A DNA stretch of 64,000 nt from an uncultured Fibrobacterota bacterium (GTDB lineage: Bacteria; Fibrobacterota; Chitinivibrionia; Chitinivibrionales; FEN-1185). Of the stretch, positions 1 through 9,000 are shown one piece after another. Position numbers and translations under genes: made by a program. The DNA lies in contig CAVSQB010000032.1 in the NCBI GenBank assembly GCA_963729895.1, forward strand, positions 1-64,000, given 5' to 3'. The notes beneath the pieces were generated by a model that saw only the letters and a list, made by a program, of their open reading frames with translations, was not told the DNA's origin and searched no databases. The number at the start of each line of letters is the position of its first letter. Within the stretch, counting starts at the first letter, position 1.

Positions 1-2
1 AG

Positions 3-107
3 GATTCCCGAGGCGTTCCAAGCTACTTTGGCAGGCCTGATATTAGCAAATTTCTTGCAAATATTGACTTCACGCGCATTCCCTGGCGAGAATACACAAT
101 GTCATAG
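3..107 (+). CDS. 3' end of a gene entering from outside the window; possibly effector of the first CD-NTase
   Basis: Open frame DSRGVPSYFGRPDISKFLANIDFTRIPWREYTMS* ends at TAG 105-107, 59 bp before the co-oriented CD-NTase; family not recognised. Confidence 0.5.
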   Translation, partial: DSRGVPSYFGRPDISKFLANIDFTRIPWREYTMS

Positions 108-166
108 GGTCGATTCACGCACAAGATAAAAGTGGGATCCGTGAGCGCAGCAGAAAATAAAGTGAT

Positions 167-1201
167 ATGAAAAACTATTCAAAACGACTTGCAAATTTGC
201 AAGCAAGACGTACCGATTTTCTTGAGAAAAAAGCCTCCTTTTCAGAAGCCTATGCAAGAACAGATGTACCCAAAAGTATTAAATATGCTCTTGAATCAAT
301 GAAAGAAATCGATCCAGATTACACAAGAATTTCATATGAGGAATGCGATCGTGTTAAGAACCACATAACTAGTGTACTAACAGAAAATAGTATTTCTTTT
401 TCATACGAGTATCAAGGCTCTGTTCCTACAAAAACGCATATTAAAATTTATAGTGATATTGATCTACTTGTCATAAACGAGGAATTTATTAGCCTAAAAT
501 CCCCACTTCAAGTCAAAAGCGCATATCGCGGAGAGCCGGTTCAAGAATTAATTACAATGCGACAATCGATACTTGGTAAATTAAAGACTGCTTTTCCAGA
601 AGCGAGTGTTGATAACTCTGGAAGCAAAGCTGTTCGCATAAAGGGTGGTTCTTTGCGGAGAGAAATTGACGTAGTTGTTGCTAACTGGTTAGAAACCGCT
701 GAATATCAAAATACTGGGTTTACGTATTTGAGAGGAGTTCGAATTCTCGATAATAAAATTAAAACTCGGCTTGACAATTTCCCATTTCTTCACAATTATG
801 AATTGGAACGTAAGGACTGCTCGGTAAATGGCGCCCTCAGGAAGATAATCAGGTTCTTAAAAACTTTAAAGGTAGATTCAGAGGGGAGCATTACAATTTC
901 GAGTTACGACATCACGGCGCTTGCCTATAACATGAGTTTTGAACCTTTGACTATGCGTCAAGGTGGGGAGCTGGGCTTGATTCCTTTATTTTCGGCCTTT
1001 CTCACAAAAGTACTATCAAACACACTATATGCGCAAACAATGCAAGTGCCCAATAAAACCAGAAAAGTACTTTGTGCAGAAGGAGTAACGCTAAGCCAAA
1101 TTCGGGCGATGAAGTCGGATGTTGATGAGATCATCTCCGACATTTCTAATGAACAAGCATTGTCGGGGCAAGTCATAGCTGAGGCAACTTACGACTATTA
1201 G
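167..1201 (+). CDS. cGAS/DncV-like nucleotidyltransferase (CD-NTase, SMODS family)
   Basis: YQGS-x9-SDIDLLV catalytic motif, third Asp in REIDVV, NSGSKAV and NFPFLH segments typical of CD-NTases; adjacent to patatin. Confidence 0.85.
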   Translation: MKNYSKRLANLQARRTDFLEKKASFSEAYARTDVPKSIKYALESMKEIDPDYTRISYEECDRVKNHITSVLTENSISFSYEYQGSVPTKTHIKIYSDIDLLVINEEFISLKSPLQVKSAYRGEPVQELITMRQSILGKLKTAFPEASVDNSGSKAVRIKGGSLRREIDVVVANWLETAEYQNTGFTYLRGVRILDNKIKTRLDNFPFLHNYELERKDCSVNGALRKIIRFLKTLKVDSEGSITISSYDITALAYNMSFEPLTMRQGGELGLIPLFSAFLTKVLSNTLYAQTMQVPNKTRKVLCAEGVTLSQIRAMKSDVDEIISDISNEQALSGQVIAEATYDY

Positions 1202-1271
1202 GACGGAAGTGTACTTGCAAATTTAAGACCTTTTCAAATATTTGCTTTTGTTTGCAAGAAGAAAGGATATT

Positions 1272-2246
1272 ATGAACTCGATACCAGCAGAAAAATTGAC
1301 AAAGTTAACGGCTGAATTGCCGAAGGACGGATTATGCAGAATCCTTTGTCTCGATGGTGGAGGCGCTAAGGGCTTTTACACGCTCGGCGTACTTAAAGAG
1401 ATCGAAAGTATGCTAGGCTGTCCACTTTACAAACGCTTTGATTTGGTGTTTGGAACAAGCACTGGCGCAATCATTGCCTCGCTAATAGCACTAGGCTACG
1501 AAGTAGACGCTATTCACGATTTGTACAAGAAGCACGTACCTTCCATAATGTGTGCTTCCAATTCGCGAGGAAAATCTGAGGCTCTCGCAGAGTTAACGAA
1601 GGCTGTCTATGGCACAAAGACCTTTACTGACGTCATGACAGGCATTGGTGTTGTCACCACAAAGTGGGTTATTGAGCGCCCAATGATTTTCAAAGGAGAT
1701 GTAGCCCAGGCGCACGGACGCATTGGCACGTTCAAACCAGGTTTTGGTGTGACCATTGCTGATGCTGTCCAGGCATCTTGCTCGGCCTATCCCTTTTTTG
1801 AACGAAAGATTGTCACGACTGCGGCAGGCGACAAGGTTGAGCTAATCGATGGCGGCTACTGCGCCAACAATCCAACGCTATATGCCATTGCGGATGCAAT
1901 CGCCGCAATGAAGAATTCGCGGTCTGACCTTCGGGTCATCAGTGTTGGGGTCGGCGTTTATCCCGAGCCAAAGCCACGTGGGTTGAAAATGTGGTTCGCC
2001 AAAAAGTACCTTGTGAGTGTTCAACTTCTTCAAAAGACACTAGAAATCAACACTCAATCGATGGATCAGCTTCGTACCATTTTATTCAAAGATGTTCCGA
2101 CAATCCGTATCAGTGATACATTCGAAAAGCCGGAAATGGCAACCGATTTGTTCGAACACAACCTTGATAAGCTTAACATCTTGCGCCAACGAGGCAGCGA
2201 ATCGTTCGCAAGTCGAGAGGCACAAATCAGAGAATTCTTGAAGTGA
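1272..2246 (+). CDS. Patatin-like phospholipase, CBASS CapV/CapE-type effector
   Basis: DGGGAKG, GTSTG (catalytic Ser) and DGG (catalytic Asp) motifs; AAGGA RBS before ATG 1272; directly upstream of a CdnE-like gene. Confidence 0.92.
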   Translation: MNSIPAEKLTKLTAELPKDGLCRILCLDGGGAKGFYTLGVLKEIESMLGCPLYKRFDLVFGTSTGAIIASLIALGYEVDAIHDLYKKHVPSIMCASNSRGKSEALAELTKAVYGTKTFTDVMTGIGVVTTKWVIERPMIFKGDVAQAHGRIGTFKPGFGVTIADAVQASCSAYPFFERKIVTTAAGDKVELIDGGYCANNPTLYAIADAIAAMKNSRSDLRVISVGVGVYPEPKPRGLKMWFAKKYLVSVQLLQKTLEINTQSMDQLRTILFKDVPTIRISDTFEKPEMATDLFEHNLDKLNILRQRGSESFASREAQIREFLK

Positions 2247-2268
2247 CTTTAGAAAATGAGGAGCGAGC

Positions 2269-3162
2269 ATGGCTATTCCCGAATCGCAACTCGATATGTG
2301 GTCGCACCAAGGGTCGATCACGCAGTCTAGTACGACCTATAACACGATCAAGACCGCACTTGAGTCCTGTGGTTCAGACTACGCTGGCAAGGATTACACA
2401 GTCTTTCTGCAAGGCTCCTATGGCAACGAGACGAACATCTACAGTGAGAGCGACGTCGATATCGTAATACGACTCAACTCATGCTTCTATCACGACCTCG
2501 AAAGCTTGCCTGACGAACAGAAGGCGGCGTTCAAAAAGGCACATCCGGACGCGACCTACGGCTACTTTGAATTCAAAAAGGACGTGCTGGCTCTCCTTGA
2601 GGACAAGTACGGCAATTCTATTAAGATAGGCGACAAGGCTGTCAAGATTGGGGCCAGCGGAAGTCGAAGAAATGCAGACGTGCTCATCACCACTGAATAT
2701 CGCCGGTACTACAAGTTTCTGAGTACCTACGATGAGAGATATGATACAGGCATCTGCTTTTTTAGTGCTGATAACACTCTTGTCGCCAACTATCCAAAGC
2801 AGCATTCAGCGAATTGCACAGCAAAGCATCAAGCCACCAACGAATGGTTCAAGCCCTTGGTGCGTGTCCTCAAGAATCTGCGCGGAAAGTTGATTGAAGA
2901 TAAAATGATCGAAGCCGATGTCGCTCCTTCATACTATATCGAGGGGCTGCTGTACAACGTACCAAATGATAAGTTTGGCAAGAGCTACGATGACTCCTTC
3001 GTAAACTGCATAAACTGGATACTGGAAGCTGATCGCAGCGAGTTCCTGTGTGCCAATGAGCAGTACTACCTGCTGCGAGAGGATTCGCCCGTCTCTTGGC
3101 TAGACTCTAAATGCAATGAGTTCCTAACAGCTGCTTGCGAACTATGGAAGCGGTGGCAATGA
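2269..3162 (+). CDS. cdnE: CD-NTase, CdnE-like cyclic dinucleotide synthase
   Basis: MAIPESQLDMWSHQG N-terminus, FLQGSYGNETNIYSESDVDIV, NYPKQH and APSYYIEGLLYNVP match the CdnE pattern. Confidence 0.88.
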   Translation: MAIPESQLDMWSHQGSITQSSTTYNTIKTALESCGSDYAGKDYTVFLQGSYGNETNIYSESDVDIVIRLNSCFYHDLESLPDEQKAAFKKAHPDATYGYFEFKKDVLALLEDKYGNSIKIGDKAVKIGASGSRRNADVLITTEYRRYYKFLSTYDERYDTGICFFSADNTLVANYPKQHSANCTAKHQATNEWFKPLVRVLKNLRGKLIEDKMIEADVAPSYYIEGLLYNVPNDKFGKSYDDSFVNCINWILEADRSEFLCANEQYYLLREDSPVSWLDSKCNEFLTAACELWKRWQ

Positions 3163-3273
3163 GGGTATTGAGATGTTTAGCAGGAGAAAAGTATTATGGG
3201 TCTTTATAAGAAGGCAAGATCGCTACCCTAAAGTTACGACGGCAAATGTGCAAAAGAATAAGGAGATGAAGCA

Positions 3274-3951
3274 ATGAATTTTTGTTTCAACGTCTTTCTT
3301 AGAAGCCTAGCACTTCTGGGCGTGCTTCTTTCGTGTTGTGCAACAATTCCTCGCGAAGCGCCGGAATTATCGTCCGAGTTGGGCAACCGAATTGCAGCAA
3401 TTGAAACTGCGCATCTGGCTCTCCTGCATAAATTTTTCGATCTAAAAAGAGAAAATCTGGAACAATTCCTCCAAGAGATTTGGATTCCGCGTTTGACAGA
3501 AAAGGCGCTAAACGATAGCGCCGTTCAGAAGGTATGGACTCAGGTAGTGAACAGCAAAGATCCTTCAGACCGGAGTCAATTCATGCTTAAAACCACATCT
3601 CGACTACAAAAAGAAATCCATAAGAAGCGAGAGCAATTAATTGTTCCACTTGATGCCATTGAGCGTCAAATCGAACGGAGGCTCGAAGAGGATTATGGTC
3701 AGGTCAAGACCATGAATACCAGTCTGACTAATCTTCTTCTTTCTTATTCTAAGCTGTCTGAGATACAAAGCCACTATTTAAAAAAGCTCGGAATATCGGA
3801 CGACAAAATCACCACAGTAATTGACAATATTGACAACACGGTAGACTCTATTGTGAAAAAAGGCGAGACTATTTCCAATATCGAATCAAGTGCAAAGGAC
3901 TATGTTGATCAATTGAACCAATATAGAGAAATGCTTTCAACCAAAAAGTAA
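3274..3951 (+). CDS. Hypothetical helical/coiled-coil lipoprotein
   Basis: Signal peptide with lipobox-like LLSC-C; AAGGAG RBS; 225-aa ORF. Confidence 0.75.
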   Translation: MNFCFNVFLRSLALLGVLLSCCATIPREAPELSSELGNRIAAIETAHLALLHKFFDLKRENLEQFLQEIWIPRLTEKALNDSAVQKVWTQVVNSKDPSDRSQFMLKTTSRLQKEIHKKREQLIVPLDAIERQIERRLEEDYGQVKTMNTSLTNLLLSYSKLSEIQSHYLKKLGISDDKITTVIDNIDNTVDSIVKKGETISNIESSAKDYVDQLNQYREMLSTKK

Positions 3952-3962
3952 AGGGGTATGCT

Positions 3963-4250
3963 ATGACAATCGATTGGGATCAGTTTGGGAAGGATCTCGA
4001 CACCGCCGTTGCAAGCGGCGCAAAGAGTACGGATGACGAGCTTGCATCCCAGATTTCCTCATTGACGAGGCTGAAAGACGATGAAATCAAAGCACTTTTT
4101 CCGAGCACTGCGGACCTGCAGAAATTATCAAGATTAATGACAATTGTAAACTCAGCAGGCGATCAAAACAGCAAGACGGCAAGCATAGTCTCAAACATCG
4201 AGGATTTCTCCGGCACAATTCTATCGCTCCTGACAAAATTCGTTGCGTAG
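3963..4250 (+). CDS. Hypothetical small acidic protein, operonic with the upstream lipoprotein
   Basis: Starts 11 bp after the upstream stop, AAGGGG RBS, 95 aa. Confidence 0.75.
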   Translation: MTIDWDQFGKDLDTAVASGAKSTDDELASQISSLTRLKDDEIKALFPSTADLQKLSRLMTIVNSAGDQNSKTASIVSNIEDFSGTILSLLTKFVA

Positions 4251-4601
4251 AAGGCTGGGATGCTGCCCATCCGTGTCGGAACCTATCTACAATCGTAAAA
4301 TCTCACACTCACCGCACTCCAGCCTGAAAATATCGTATCCTACACTGCTTTTTCTGAAGGCATCCGGTCACCTTGTCGAACCCGCAGCGATCGCTGCGGG
4401 CGGTCCAGGTGGGGGATACGTCTCAAGGCCCTGCGGTTTTGACCAAGAACTGTGTGTTCCGCTGGATGGACACTTCCCCCGGCGAGGAAGTGTCGGGCCG
4501 CCTGGTGGCCCTTCTCTTACAAAAAACCTGCTGTGCGGCCGTCGCAGGAGGTTTTTGAGGCTTTTCTATTCTGATTAATTTATCTTGATTGATTCCCAAC
4601 C

Positions 4602-5792
4602 ATGAAAAACATCAAACCAAACCCCTTGCTTTTCGAGATTATCCTCTTTTTCGGAATAATTCTCTCCTCCCAAGCAAGCGTCTCCCTTAAGGGTTCTCCC
4701 ATTTTGGACTACGACCCGGACGCGGGAATGGGGTTTGGGGCTTACGGGGAGGCATCGATCCTGCCTAAGGACACGCTGGAGCGGGATACCTGTAGGATAA
4801 AAGGCAGGTTGTATGCGACCACGGCCTCGATCCTCGCGCCATTCATTGAAACGGACTATACGAAATCCTCTCTCTGGAAGCTGTGTTTAAAAGTTTCATA
4901 CGACCGGACACCATACAATAATTATTTCGGGTTCGGGAATTCCGATGCCGAGATGGGGTATAGCTCGCAAAAGGCGGCGGATTATGAGTATTACTACGGG
5001 AAATCTAATCCGGCAGTCATGGTTCTTTTCGGGCTATTCCTGAATAATAAATTACCGCCGTTTTTAACTCATTCAGAATTCATTCTTGGAATCCGGGCAG
5101 AGGATTACCGAATATTTAAAGCGCCAAAGGTCCCTTCGGATGGGTCTGAACCGCTTTTGTTCGCGCAAAGGCCTTTGGGGATCGATGGGGGGTTCATCCA
5201 TGAGGAAATTATTGGCTATATAATTGATAAAAGAGATGATATCTATAATCCTTCATCCGGAGTTTATTGGGAATCCTATTTCTCTCTTAGCGATAAAAGG
5301 CTGGGAAGTTCCTATTCATACCTTCACGGGACAACCACGCTTGCGCTATATGCTACACCCTTCAAGAAGCTTATTGGATTGACCTTGGCGTCAAGGCTCC
5401 TGGTTAATTATTTGTACGGGGATGCACCGTTTTTTAAATATGAGAAGACATTGGGTTTGGAACCTAAAGATATTTTCGGCGGGCAGGGGAGCATGCGGGG
5501 GATTCAGCAATACAGGTACAGAGATCCATTCTGCTATGTTTTTACCCCGGAATGCAGGATGAAATTGTTCAAAGTCCATGCTTTTGGAGAAGTTTGGTCC
5601 TTGGGGTCAGTTTTATTTTCAGATATCGGGAATACATTTCCATCGCCTTTGAAAATAGAACCTAAAGTGTATTTTACCTATGGCGGGGGGCTTCGTTTCG
5701 GGTGGGGGAATGATTTTGTAATTTCGTTGGATTTGGGGTTTCTGAAGACAACCCTGAGCGGGATTTATGTTTATTTTGGGCAACAGTTTTAA
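4602..5792 (+). CDS. Omp85/BamA-TamA family outer-membrane beta-barrel (no POTRA domains evident)
   Basis: Signal peptide; GGQGSMRGI motif, FSDIG, YGGGLRF, C-terminal YFGQQF. Confidence 0.8.
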   Translation: MKNIKPNPLLFEIILFFGIILSSQASVSLKGSPILDYDPDAGMGFGAYGEASILPKDTLERDTCRIKGRLYATTASILAPFIETDYTKSSLWKLCLKVSYDRTPYNNYFGFGNSDAEMGYSSQKAADYEYYYGKSNPAVMVLFGLFLNNKLPPFLTHSEFILGIRAEDYRIFKAPKVPSDGSEPLLFAQRPLGIDGGFIHEEIIGYIIDKRDDIYNPSSGVYWESYFSLSDKRLGSSYSYLHGTTTLALYATPFKKLIGLTLASRLLVNYLYGDAPFFKYEKTLGLEPKDIFGGQGSMRGIQQYRYRDPFCYVFTPECRMKLFKVHAFGEVWSLGSVLFSDIGNTFPSPLKIEPKVYFTYGGGLRFGWGNDFVISLDLGFLKTTLSGIYVYFGQQF

Positions 5793-5918
5793 GAAGGGAA
5801 AGAAACTGTCGTTTCCAACCTCGGAAGTGTGTTGAGAATTGGCAGACCTACGCTTTACAGGTATGTCGGGCCGGATGGGAAGTTGAGGGAGTTTGGGAAG
5901 AAGGTGCTCAAGGGGTAA
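5793..5918 (+). pseudogene. C-terminal HTH remnant of a Tn3/Hin-type serine resolvase
   Basis: Frame reads RPTLYRYVGPDGKLREFGKKVLKG*, resembling resolvase C-termini; upstream part is broken. Confidence 0.6.
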
Positions 5919-6057
5919 CATTTTTGGCGCTTTGAGTATAAACAACCAATGAAGCATTATTTCCCGGACGGCGGGAAAAAATGGGCTTCGGGAAGGAAAA
6001 GAAATAACTGTCGCTGTTTGCGTGCGGAAATGCGAGAATATATACAAGGAGAATTAT

Positions 6058-9000
6058 ATGAAATTCGTTTTTCTCGCATTCTTGGCCGTCTGCCTATTCC
6101 TGTTTGCCACATGCTCAAATAATGTTGCAGGCAACAAAACCAAACCCGAAAATCCATCAGTCACCACAATGCTCTACAATCCCGGCGGGTCGCCAGCCGC
6201 GCATGCCAAGATCAAGTTTTATCCCGTCAACTACAATCCTCGCACAGGCGGCCTGTCAAAAACGCTGTCGACAACGGTGGACTCCACCACCACCGACGCC
6301 AGCGGTAATTATTCGGTAAAGCTCGATTCTGGAACCTACAACGTGCTCGCCACAGGTGACAGCGGCGTCGTATATCAGGACTCGATAAGCGTGGCAAAAG
6401 ACTCAACCATTCACCCGCCTGCAGACACACTCAAGGCACCTGGAGGGCTTCGGGGAAGGGTGCGTTTGCAGCCTGGAGACGATGCGAGAACCGTGTTTAT
6501 TCTGTTCTTGGGGACAAGTACCTTTGGTACTCCGGATGACTCCACGGGAAAATTTACTATTGCGAACATGGCGCAAGGAACGTATAAAGTAAGGATTCTA
6601 ACGACTCTGGATGCGTATGTGCCTAAAGATACAGTGTTGAGTGTTACGGCGGGAATGGTTGATTCACTGACGCATGATATTGTTTTGCAATTTACGGGTG
6701 TTCCGGGACCAACGGGTTTGACAGTCTCATATGACACGTTGAGGCAGACAGCGATCCTGGCGTGGACTGGTGCAGACACATCGTTAATTGCCGGATACAA
6801 TGTATACCGGGCAATCAAGGGACAGAATTTTTCCCTCATTACGCAAACGCCGCTGGTTGAAACCGTGTCAACGTATCATGATTCAACCGTTTCGGTCGGC
6901 AGCACCTACGCGTACCGGGTCGTTTCGTGGAGGGCCTCCGGAGAAGAAAGCCCGAAGGTGGATATTCCGGGAGATACGGTGAAAGTGGTTTCCGACTCAT
7001 TGGTGACAACGGCATTTACCTGGAATTTGAATAACACTATCAATGATTCGGCAAGCATCAACGACACAATAAAGGCCTGCCTTACCTATTCCAATCCAAC
7101 CAGAAGAATAGAAAAGATCGTATGGTTTGTTGACAGCTTGAATTCGACTGCTGTCAGGCAAAAAGCCGATTCCTCGCAGGCAGAAAAGGACACGCTGACT
7201 TATTCGTGGAAACAGGCGGGAAACGTGAAGATATTCGTAAAGGTGACTGATGGAGCAGGTACGGTTTGGCTGGATAGCTTCAATGTAACCATAGCGCAAG
7301 ATATTCCGGTTCCTAACGCCGGTTCGGATACCACGGTTTCAATAAAAGATATGGTCCGTCTGCACGGTTCGGCAACACAGCAGTTCGGAAGCATTGTTGA
7401 ATGGGCTTGGGATATTGGAAATACAGGAACTTTTAAAGTCACGTCCAGAGGTGATACGAATATCATCGCTCCGGCGGCGGAGAATCTGAATTATCTATGT
7501 GTTCTTAGAGTAACGGATGATGATGCAAATATAGCGAAGGACACGGTGAAGATAACTGTTCTGCAAGATGCTCCTGTTGCAGACGCCGGGAACGATACCA
7601 CCGTTGCCATTAATGCAAGCATACCGTTCAAGGGCACGGCAACCCAGCAATTTGGCAGGATAGTTATGTACAAGTGGGACTTTGACGGAAACGGAACCTA
7701 TGACGACTCATCAACGACCACCGGAATAGCAAATCATACGTATACGCACGATACGGTCTACAATGCCAAGCTGCTGGTGCGCGATGACGACGGGAATGAG
7801 GCTACGGCGATTCGGCATGTGACGGTCGCAAACCTCCCGCCGGTGATTTCATCAATCCGTGCGGACACGACGATTTCCATCAAGGATTCAATCCAGCTTT
7901 TCGGGGTTGCTCATGACCCGGACGGCACGATCAAGGAATACGCGTGGGACTTTAATGGGGACGGGGCGTTTGAATATACGAGTGCGACGCAGGTAATGGC
8001 GGGATATCGGTATAATACGGCAGGAATCTACAAGGCGGTGCTGAGAGTAACAGATGATGATAATAAAGTGACGAAGGATACTGCGACTATTGCCGTTTTG
8101 CAGGATGTGCCTGTTCCCAACGCCGGAAAGGATACGACTGTTTCAATAAAAGATACTATCAAGCTTCATGGCTCAGCCACGCAACAGTTTGGAACTATTG
8201 TCGAATGGGCATGGGACTTCGGCAACACGGGTACGTTTAAAGTGACGAGTAAAGGCGACACGAACATCGTTGCTCCCGCAGTGGAGAACCTGAATTACCT
8301 TTGCGTGCTGAGGGCAAAAGATGACGACGGGAATGTGGCGAATGACACGGTAAAGATTACTGTATTACAGGACGCGCCTGTGCCTAATGCCGGAGTGGAC
8401 ACGACCGTTGCCATCAATGCAAATGTTCCCTTCAAAGGAACCGCTACACAACAGTTCGGAACAATCGTTATGTATAAATGGGACTTTGACGGTGACGGCA
8501 ATTATGACGATTCTTCAACAACCACGGGAGCGGCTACGCATATTTACACGCACGAGGCGGTCTACAATGCCAAGCTGCTGGTGCGCGATAACGACGGGAA
8601 TGAGGCTACGGCGATTCGGCATGTGACGGTCGCAAACCTCCCGCCGGTGATTTCGTCGATCCGTGCGGACACGACGATTTCCATCAAGGATTCAATCCAG
8701 CTTTTCGGGGTTGCTCATGACCCGGATGGAACGATCAAGGAATACGCGTGGGACTTTAATGGGGACGGGGCGTTTGAATATACGAGTGCGACGCAGGTAA
8801 TGGCTGGATACCGGTATAACACGGCAGGAACATACAAGGCGGTGCTGAGAGTAACGGATGATGATAATAAAGTGACGAAGGATACTGCGATTATAACGAT
8901 TTTGCAGGACGTGCCGGTTGTAACCTTCCTCTCTGCCGACACCGTAGTCGATCACGGCGGCACGGTACGCTGCTCGGTTTATGTTCAGCAGCAGTTCGGG

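Noticed and set aside
107..4600. Integron cassette array for the co-oriented defence genes
   Set aside because: No convincing attC (RYYYAAC...GTTRRRY with paired arms) in the spacers and no integron integrase
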